Positions 25,097-34,278 of a stretch of DNA of 64,000 bases are shown here, one piece after another. Location: contig OZ316891.1 in NCBI GenBank assembly GCA_973895155.1, forward strand, positions 17,169,995 through 17,233,994. Reading direction: 5' to 3'. The DNA comes from Marsupella aquatica. Lineage: Eukaryota; Plantae; Marchantiophyta. The translations under genes and the position numbers were made by a program. Each line of letters begins with the position of its first letter. The first letter of the stretch is position 1. A model generated the notes under the pieces. The model searched no databases, was not told where the DNA came from, and saw only the letters and a program-made list of their open reading frames with translations.

Positions 25097-26329
25097 TCTA
25101 ACTCCCCAAAGATAACCGACTACATAAAATAATGATACATTGTAAAATGAAACTAGTTTGGATGGTTGAGGGTTTCTTCTAAATCCAAGTCTCAAACGGA
25201 AAGAGCCGTCGAGCGGTTATAGGATCCGTTGGGTACGGATTTTCTTACCATTCAAGAAACGACAAAACCATAAATTCGGCGGATAGTTACTGTTGAATTA
25301 ATGGTTTTGACATTGTAACCAAAGGGGTAATATAGTAGCGCCAGGCGCTAGCATTTTCCACATCTGAAAGAGCCCAAAAAATGAACAACAAAAGCAAAGA
25401 TCATCGGCCATTTTGGTTACTGACACAGGTTAACATTCTACGATAGGTTTCGGGTTTCCTTGGAAATATATCGGGTTTCCATGGAAATAGCCCCTTATTT
25501 ATGTCAGACGACAATATTACCCTCTGCTTATATTAAAATCGATCCATTTGAGATCGAGTAGAAGCTATCACAATAATAGCGCCAGGCGCTATCATAAAAT
25601 TTCTTTAAAATGTCAAGATGTACTCGTACATTATTTATAGAAACTTACACATTTCGTGTCCAAACATCTACCATTTTGAGGTGTCTCGTTACTAGCGCCG
25701 AGCGCTATTATTGAAATCTACACATTTGTTCCCTATTTGAGACTAAAAGAAAAATAGCGCCTGGCACTTTCATATACTTTATAGAAATAGAAGCCGTTTA
25801 TTACAAAATCTTTCTCGCTTTAGTCCAATCATTCGCATGATTTTTTAGTACAATGTTACTAGCGCCAGGCGCTATTATTAAAATCCTTCATTTTAAGATA
25901 TATTTTAGTCTAGCATAATAATAGCGCCAGGCGCTAATATTAGATCGAAGTAGAATAATGACATAAACGGTCTTTTTAAATGGTAACTTTGACCATTTAT
26001 CGTTACAATTTATAACGAATTCCTGGATAAATATATTCACGAGTACCTATAAACTAGTTAAAATGTGACAAGTGTCAACCTTTAGTAGGTCTGCTTTTGG
26101 ATGCTCATGCTTTTCGATGTGTACTTGTGATACATGTCGGTCTGCCACAGGGTATATCAGATAAGATCTTTTCGCGATAGTATCTTTCTTGATCGTTAGA
26201 ACGACCTTTGCGCACGTTTAGGATCGTTGTCAATCATTTGTCCATATCGGTATAGCACCACAAGAAACGTTGCATCACGCAAGAAGCACGTTGAGGTGCG
26301 GGTTCCCCGTGTGTGCATCTTAAACAGAC
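25097..26329. promoter_or_regulatory. Divergent (bidirectional) promoter region between the transposase and ParB-MTase copy 2, with six palindromes
   Basis: Head-to-head ATGs at 25096(-) and 26330(+). Palindromes at 25336, 25577, 25693, 25755, 25860 and 25922 in an AT-rich background. Confidence 0.6.
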
Positions 26330-29300
26330 ATGGAAAATCATTCTCCTGGCCATTCTGAAACATCCGAGTCCTCATTCTCCGGATCAATTTATACTCGGAG
26401 AGTCACTCGTTCGTCTGCATCGAACTCTTTGCGAAACATTAGTCAGTCGATTCCAAAGCCAAAATGAGGCATCATGGAGTCATACGGAGATTTTGCGATG
26501 GAGGACGGTGGCGAGGGAGTCCTGTCCATGGATGCTGTGATCAAGAAATATGCAATGTCATTTGGAGTCGATTTCAGAGGGGAGAAGAAAGAGCCGCCGC
26601 GTATCCCTCTTTGTCGGCTTATTCACATGGAAATCGTTTGGACTTTATAGAAAAATAGTGCATCTATCGATAAGCTCAAGGATTTGTTTTGGAGCTCTGG
26701 GTACAACTCTTCAATTGGGATGCGGTTTAACGTCCAGCCCACGGATTCAGAAGGAGTCGTTCAATTCTGCACGCCTGAAATTTGGGAGACATGGGATGCT
26801 GTTTCGGTTGCCCAGAATGACTTGTTTGAAGCAGAATGTGCTACTGATCCAGATTTCCACATTGTGAAGGATAAGATGTTCTGTGTTTTTGACGGGAATC
26901 ATCGACTCTACTCGTGGACCCAAGTAACAAATGAGAATCCAGACAATATCAAGTACCATTCGCGTGTTCAATGCACTGTTTTTAAGGGAGATCGGGGTTC
27001 TCTAGTTGAGCTTGAAGCGGCTATGCACACGGTGAACCAGTAAGTATTCCTCAAGTTGCATAAACGCTATTGAGTTTGGTCAATTGCGCTTGATTTTTGC
27101 AAAGTTAGTTACGGCCAGGCGCTAATATTTGCCATTATACCTTACAGGTTAGGGCAAGCTGTGGTGGAACCATCGTGGATTCTCGATGCCGATAGAATCA
27201 ATCGGATTTTAACTCATGACTTGGAGGCCTACAAGCCGATCATCGACCCCGGAAGCTTCAAGTGATTTCAAACTGTTCATGCCAAAACAAGAAAGGGGTC
27301 TTGGTATACCAAGCAGATGCCATTGGAAGCATTGGTTTACATCTTGTGTGAAAACAAGATTAAGTCGTATTCACTTCAATTTAAGCTTGACTTGGCTGCT
27401 GCAAAAAATCAAGGTCGTCCGTGGTCATCTGAAGAGACTGGTAAGCGGTATGCTGCCATGATGAAGGAGGCAACGAAGGAGTGGAGCATAAAGACATCCA
27501 AGATTACCCCCTGATAAGCCCAGAGTTTGGTGATTTTTTGTCAACTTGTGCAAAAATGTACATTCTTACGGAGAGGAACAAACGAGAAAAGAAGCCGGAC
27601 TCTGTAGTATGTACAATAGACTGCGCGCGTCTATTCACTACTGTCTCCTACTTGGATCCACAATTGCACTGTACTCTTCTTGTTGCTCACTGTACACCCG
27701 AGCTCAGAAAACAATTTTACCATCCCCCGAGTGTGAATGATGACCCTGTTAAACAGTGGTGTCATACATGGCACATGTGGAGTTTGGTGGAAGGAATTGC
27801 AATTGCAATGTTACAGACATCTCTTTCGCAAGTCCAGTCGATCCTACCTGCTGATCGTCTGACACTAGGAGGAGTGGAGACGTTTGAAGCTTTGGTCTTG
27901 AACATCACCAATGATTTCAAGACATACGGTGAAACAGTGAAGGCAAAGTTTTTTAGCACAATTTGGCAGTCCAAGTACGGAGACAAGGAAGACTATACCA
28001 TTCGCAACCAGAAGCGAGCCAAGAGATATCTGTATCGCTTCTACATGGCGATGGAGACCAGTTCTCCAAAGTATTTTTGGGCTTACCCTCTTGCATTCCA
28101 AAAATGGTCCGTTCTAGAGGGGGATGCTTTTAGCAAAGTTTACTCAATGTACCCTGCCGAAGGGGACGTTCCACCATGTGACATTTCATTGTGGGAGATA
28201 ACCCACTGTCCATGGTATCTTGACACAGATAAGTGGGACACCCTTTCAATGAAGCTGAAAAGGATGCATTTCTGAAATTATCAAAGTCTTTAGTCCCTCG
28301 GAAAGTTCTGTCTGAAATGAAACAAGGTTTATCGGAAGATGTAGATGCCTCGGCGAGCGAGCTGCAGAAACATTGCGAAACAGAAGTTTTGCATGTAGAC
28401 AGGAGTCGAAAACCCCGGGCAAAAGCAAAACTAGACACTGGAGTAACCAGCCCATCAACGAGATCCAGGAAGAAACGTGAGATTCTTCTATTTTTCATCG
28501 GCATTCCGTATTTCCCTTCACTAGTTTGGATATTTAGGTGTCTTTTTGTTTAGCGCCACAGATGTTGGTGTCCATTTATTTCTTGATTTTTGTGCAGTTT
28601 GGTTAGCGCCCGGCGTTGGTGTTATTTTCCATTGGCATTCTGTATTTTCTCTCCACCAACTTGATTATGCCAGTGACTTTTGAGGAGCGCTGCAGATCAA
28701 GTTGTCTATTTATCGGTTGATTTTTTGGGCAGTTTGGTTAGCGCCCGGCGCTGGTGTTATGTGGACCGTAATCTTGGAAACTTTTGTTTCTTTTTCTAGG
28801 TGGACGGAAATCGGATGGAGAAGAAACACAAGATGCAAAGACGAAAATCACTCCTGGAGTCTCTAAAGCTGATACGGAGGAACAAGATGTCCCTGATGAA
28901 CAGACTCCTCCCAACACGGAGAAGATGGTGCGACCTGCAGATGCCACCAACACGAAGAAAAAGAAAAAGAAATCTTTGGATCATGGATTTTCCTCTCGGG
29001 ATTCAGTCGCTTCTACTGGTGTTCAACGAGATGTTGGACAGTTCAAGTCTAAGACTTCTAGGCATGTTTTTGTTGAGTCCAGCGTAATGGACTTCTTTGA
29101 GAGTGTGTTCACGAAAGAGCAGAAACCGGCTTGGGTGTCAAATGTGGAGAAGTGGGTGAAAGACCTAGTCTTGCTTGGTCTAAGGGAGAAAGGAGTCATA
29201 AGAGGAGGGAAGATAAGATCATTTGGAGTTGATGTTGGATTCGTTTACCTCCCAACTGGACTGCGCCCATCCCTTTTAGAGAAGAAGTCTCCAAAATGGA

Positions 29301-30679
29301 ATTCCCCAGATCACAGAATTGTTGGTTCATTCTTTCGCGCAATGGACCCCTTTCTAGCAGATGATGGTATATTGGCCATTTTGCATACCGGCGAGTATGA
29401 TCAGATCTCGCAGGTCATCGCCGCGAGCCAGGAGTCTCAAAAGTTTCAGTGTGTGAAAACCCTGAACGTGGTTATGGGAGTTCCAATGTACATGGCCCGA
29501 AGTGATTGCTAGGTAAATTCTCTCACTCTTCGTGCTGTCCTTTGTTAGCGCCGAGCGCTAGCTAAAAATGTTTTCATATACCTTTCGGTTAAGGGGATAT
29601 TCTTTGTTAGCGCCTGGCGCTATCCAAAATTCATTGTTATGCCGTGATTTAAATGATTTTCTGGTTGGATCGTCGACATCTTAACAATGGACTTTGTTGG
29701 GATTTCACAGGTTTTCACATTGAGATTGGATCTGTTCAGTCGTGTTTCGTCAAAGGTTAAAGTTCCAAAGGACCCCAAGTTTCGACCCCTCTTTGCAACT
29801 GAAGATCCTTCTATGACTAACCTTATTGGTCTCCCAAGTGTGAGGAAGGATCCAACTCCTTCAGCAGCGTTTGCTGGCAATGGACGCTTGTCCGTTGGGT
29901 TCATGCAATCTGTGTTAGAGTTAATCACTCGGCCGGGTGACATTGTCATGGACTGGACTGTGGGTTCAAGAAGTACATTTGTTGCTGGTGACTATTGTGG
30001 TCATTTTATTCTTGGTATAGAAAACCGAAAAGAGTTTGTTGAGATTGCGGAAAAGACATGGATGGATTTATTGATTCCAAAGGATGTCAGTTCCTCATCT
30101 CCCGCTAAAGATGTGGGAAGAAAACAAAAAGATAAAGTTCGCTCTGTCTTAAATTTTGACTCTGAAGATGAAGAGGATGGAGATGCTGTTGGAGATGATG
30201 CTTCAGGAGGACAAGGAGAGGAAAATGAAGGAGACGAGAAGGAGAGGCATACGATGAAAGAAACAAAAGATTTGGATTCTTCTGAGTAATGCCCGTAAGC
30301 TACTTCACTTTACATTATCGATTCTGTTACTGTCCCATTTTCATTTTCAACTCTAATATGGTTCCGTTCCTCTTCCAGATCGGAGTGGAATCTTCAAGAA
30401 CGTTTTAATCTTAGGAGGAAATACTCGAGAAAAGTTCTCGTTTCTCCTCAGAAGCCTTTTGTGTTGCCCTCGTATGCAGAATATGCTGCACGCAAAGAAG
30501 AATAGAGGAGAACACTTACTTGGGAGAGTAAGGGCTTAAGGTTAAGAAGAGGTTCAGATAGGAAATTCATCCACCAGCCTTTACTCAACGATGGACCTAG
30601 AAGCAAATTTATAGATGATGAAGCTGAGTCTACAGATAGGTCTGGCAGTAGCGAGTCCGAGTCTTCTGACTTGGAATAG
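26330..30679 (+). pseudogene. ParB-like / N4-N6 DNA-methyltransferase-like fusion gene, copy 2 (five inferred coding exons)
   Basis: Exons ~26330-27039, 27148-~28476, ~28800-29511, 29711-30285 and 30379-30679 with GT-AG introns. Motifs IPLCRL, FCVFDGNHRLYSW, GVDVGFVYLPTG...WN...FFRAMDPFLADDG, LELITRPGDIVMDWTVGSRSTFVAGDYCGHFILGIE, and an acidic tail with FIDDEAE. Several stops and two frameshifts. Confidence 0.85.
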
Positions 30680-30976
30680 GTTGAGTGGGAATTTCTAAGG
30701 TTTTCTTTAGAACCTTGTACTAGCGCCCGACGCTATTAAACAGGGTGTTCGGATCTGAGACTTTAAAGGAGATAGACGCACCAGGAGTCTCTTTCCTGAG
30801 TGCATATTTGTGTAGATATCAGAAATGCATGTACTCGTATAGTTGTACGGTGAATAATTATACCTTCAGTCTGTACGTATTTTTGTTTGTGGTTGATATG
30901 ATCGTTTGGACTCTCTCAAAGTGTAGTGCGTGTTTGTTCAACTTCATGATTGTTCAACCCTAAACTCATTTCTCCC

Positions 30977-31093
30977 TTTCATTTCTGTTAGGCGCTGACT
31001 CTCCTCTTCCTTTTGTTTCATTTTTGCACTGCCCAGACTCACCTCTTCCCTTCGTTTCATTTCTGGTCTGCCCGGACTCACCTCTTCTCTTCT
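30977..31093 (+). repeat. 39-bp tandem repeat x3
   Basis: Unit TTTCATTTCTG...GACTCACCTCTTCC..., immediately upstream of the MDKGK ORF. Confidence 0.75.
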
Positions 31094-31128
31094 CCCTGAG
31101 TTTTGCATCCGTTGTTTCCATCGACTCA

Positions 31129-31728
31129 ATGGATAAGGGAAAGCAAATAGCGAAATCGAAGAGCTGCAATCCGCCAAAGGTGATGGTTTGGAGGTCAATT
31201 AGAGATCCAGGTTTAGATTTGACTCCATCTTTTACGCAGTGCCCAGAGACGTCGACCGAGAGGAACAAGTTGTGGCTGGCCCCGGATGAGGGTATTAGCC
31301 ACAAAATTGGACACCTTCCATCGCGTGATCCTTCGCCTCCACTTCCTTTCCGAGAGAGGTTCTCTGTTCACGACCCGGATCCTTCCAATGTGTATCGGGT
31401 GGAAAGGACAGCTTTTTTCAGAGACATCCAAGCAGACACCGGACGTGTGAACTTTTCAGATTCGAACATCCCGAACGACCGGAGTCGGAGTCGCTATCCC
31501 GGACCTCGTTTTTTTCTGGATCGAGAGGATGGGTTTCGACAGGATGAGGATAGGTTCAAAGCTGGATTGGACGACGACTGCATGTGGGCATCACCACCGA
31601 GACAGGAAACAGGAAAACAGGATTACTGGTACCAGCAAAAGGTTTCCTGTTACCAGGAAAATTTTACTATTACCAGTAAAAAACACGATCTAAAAATGTA
31701 CCATTTAAAGTCTTATTTTTCAGAATAA
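31129..31728 (+). CDS. Unknown ~200-codon cargo ORF (MDKGKQIA...)
   Basis: Open from ATG 31129. MDKGK-type start typical of plant TE proteins. Possible donor near 31642. No recognisable domain. Confidence 0.4.
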   Translation: MDKGKQIAKSKSCNPPKVMVWRSIRDPGLDLTPSFTQCPETSTERNKLWLAPDEGISHKIGHLPSRDPSPPLPFRERFSVHDPDPSNVYRVERTAFFRDIQADTGRVNFSDSNIPNDRSRSRYPGPRFFLDREDGFRQDEDRFKAGLDDDCMWASPPRQETGKQDYWYQQKVSCYQENFTITSKKHDLKMYHLKSYFSE

Positions 31729-32775
31729 TTAAAATCATGGGTTTTTTTTGCGAGCGCCAAGCGCTGCTATTGTTAGCTCCGGGCGCTAGCAATATGATGA
31801 TGACAAACCAAAACCAAAAAAACTTTTTTTCCCCAAAAAAACATTTTCCAAAAAAAATCCAAAAAAAAAATCCAAAAAAATTACCACTCACTTTCCTGTT
31901 ACTGTTTCCTGTCGTTTGTAAATACCCCACTGCATGTCTTCTACTTCCTAGAGAGTGTGGATTTCTTCTTCGACACTAGCGCCGGGCGCTAGCTTTCATC
32001 TCATCTTTGGAGTCGTTCATGAGTTTGATTCATGTCATCTTTTTGAATGGGGGCTCCGGTTCGTCCGAGTTAGCTTTATTCCTTCCATTTTATTATCACA
32101 TTAGGTTTTTTGAGTATGTTATTAGGGTTATTTCTTTTTCTCGAAGGTTATGGACTTTTATTACCTTCTGGATATCAATGTAATTTCTTTTTCAAGTAGC
32201 GCCTGTTGCTAGCGCTTGGCGCTACTATTATATGTTCCATTCTCCTCCACAATTATGTAAACCCGCCTCTATAAAATTGTGTCTTTCATCTCTCTTTTTT
32301 CTAGTGTCCTCCAAATATGTTGCGAATACTATTAGTGGCTCTTTTATTGTTGAAATTGGTTGTTTCCTGTTACTGGAATTGGGTTCCTGTCAAATGGAAA
32401 GCCCTCTGACAAAACGATCTTTAAGCTTCATCCGATGTATTCGGTCTTACCGAGCCAGCCAGTTTTGAATGTCGGAGAACTCTAGTTCATCGTAGGAAGG
32501 GAGAATCTGCATGGTTCATTCGACGATACGTTGAACGGACATTTTGTTAATGTTGTTTTGAACGGCAACAAACTCTTGGTTAGCGCTCGGCGCTAGTAAA
32601 ACTTGTCTTTCCATAATTACTGTAGAGAACGCTAAACATATTGGAGTTCCTATTGAAATTGGCCTCCTTGTTTGTCCAAAATTATGTCATCTTTTGTGTA
32701 TGCTAGTACCAAATCTCCTGTTTTGTTCCTCTCTTTTTCCTGTTATGATTGTTATTGTTTTTTGTTTCCTGTCAC

Positions 32776-33463
32776 GGGGAAAAACCTCATTTTAGGACTG
32801 GAAAACTTCCTGTGCTCTGTTTCAAAATATACTCCTCAGCTCAAGTCGACACCCGAAATTCGTATCGGATCTCTATGTGTCGTTCCAAGGCTGCATCTTC
32901 ATGATCTTATAAAATTTTGTTATGATCATTTTGATGTGATGGTCTGGTCTATTCTCGACGATAAACTGGTTTATCAGATACTTTCAGAAGTGTTGTCGAG
33001 CACCGACCTGTCGCAGCTGATATATGTGTTCACGCGGGATCATTGCTGGAATCTTGGTTATGTGAAGAAAAATTATAAGACTGTTGTCTTCAAATCTATC
33101 GAGAGACTACGTGATATGTTTCAAGATTATCGACCAGACAATATAATCCAGATTGATGTCTGTCCTTCCCATACATGCCAGACAGCTGTATGCGGATTAT
33201 TGTTCGCTAAGTCGTTTCAAGGATCGTTGGATGATGTCTTTTTGAGGGATGACCTCATTCCATATTTACGAAAGCTATCAAATTCAGGGCTTTGTCTTTC
33301 GTTCGCTAACAAGTTCGATTATCCCATCTGGTTGATTAGAAATCTACATCGAGATTGGGATCTGAACGAGGATATATGGGAGCATCTATACGTGCAGAGA
33401 CATGCGGATCAAGTTCTTATCAAGCACTTCAACAGACATCACTTATCAATGGCCAGAGTGTAG
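32776..33463 (+). CDS. FCP1/SCP (NIF) HAD-phosphatase-like domain 1, catalytic motif lost
   Basis: NLILGLENFL...PRLHLHDLIKFCYDHFDVMVWS...VFTRDHC...VFKSIERL...NIIQIDV matches the NIF pattern, but DxDxT is replaced. 5' boundary approximate. Confidence 0.75.
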
Positions 33464-33549
33464 AGGATGTTGTCTCTATAATATGTGACGCGACCATTCG
33501 CGTGACTACATCCATACGGGCTCATGCATCTTCTTGTGTTTCTCTACAG

Positions 33550-34278
33550 GAGATTCATTGCAGCAGAGAAAATGGGCTCATAGTTTTAGACGTGGAGCAT
33601 CTACTCTGTTACACTGCACCGCATTCCCGATTGATGGCGGTCTCAACTGGAATTTGGATTGGGAATATATACGTTTTTCCAAGGCCTCATCTTCACGAAT
33701 TCTTGAGATTCTATTTTAAGAATTTTGATGTAGGGATCTGGTCCTCTCTTGGGAAGAACCTTTTAGATCAGATTTTAGCATCTATTTTTACTGCGATGGA
33801 AATGGCCTCATTTAAGTATATTTGGGATCAGTCTCATTGTTACTTATGCGATGGGGTGACATCAAATAAGCGGATATTTTTGAAGTGTTTTGAGAAGGTT
33901 GGAATTTATACGAAGGCATATCTGCAGCAAAATATAATGCTTATCAAATCCAATGCGGTTCATGCTTGTTTAGATCCTGTTGTTGGATCATTATTTCCGC
34001 CCAAATATTTTGGGTCGGTCGACGACAGTTTCCTGATTAACTTGCTGATTCCGTATCTTAGCAAGCTAGCAAATTCTTGTGAGCCGCTTGTCATTGCCAA
34101 TAAAAGAGATTATCCTGATTGGTCAGTTAAATCTATTTTTAGAGATTATGATTATAATCATACTCTATGGGAAGACCATGTGATTCAGAGGCATGGAGAT
34201 AGATATCTAGTAGAGCAATTTAACAGACGCCCAATTTTGGACGCTTCCAAAATAATAGTCGGCATGAGATCAGATTAA
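33550..34278 (+). CDS. FCP1/SCP (NIF) HAD-phosphatase-like domain 2, catalytic motif degenerate
   Basis: LIVLDVEHLL...PRPHLHEFLRFYFKNFDVGIWSS...YIWDQSHC...IFLK...NIMLIKS. Tandem paralog of domain 1. Candidate acceptor ctacag at 33549. Confidence 0.8.
   Translation, partial: EIHCSRENGLIVLDVEHLLCYTAPHSRLMAVSTGIWIGNIYVFPRPHLHEFLRFYFKNFDVGIWSSLGKNLLDQILASIFTAMEMASFKYIWDQSHCYLCDGVTSNKRIFLKCFEKVGIYTKAYLQQNIMLIKSNAVHACLDPVVGSLFPPKYFGSVDDSFLINLLIPYLSKLANSCEPLVIANKRDYPDWSVKSIFRDYDYNHTLWEDHVIQRHGDRYLVEQFNRRPILDASKIIVGMRSD

Larger units (their letters stand above)
9302..32595. repeat. Dispersed 15-bp palindrome TAGCGC-N3-GCGCTA (~27 near-perfect and ~5 degenerate copies)
   Basis: Starts read by eye: 9302, 10149, 15980, 16039, 16155, 16291, 17055, 17219, 18940, 23037, 25336, 25577, 25693, 25755, 25860, 25922, 27110, 28604, 28739, 29546, 29608, 30721, 31752, 31774, 31977, 32210, 32581. 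Degenerate copies at 9365, 10859, 16858, 28551, 32197. Confidence 0.95.

Noticed and set aside
26330-30679. Bacterial contamination explaining the ParB/MTase gene
   Set aside because: GT-AG introns are shared by both copies, plant retroelements are nested in the region, and it is contiguous with a plant host gene.
9302-32595. Palindromes as a CRISPR array or bacterial REP elements
   Set aside because: Spacing is irregular (tens of bp to kb), the unit is only 15 bp, there are no cas genes, and the context is spliceosomal introns of a eukaryotic TE.
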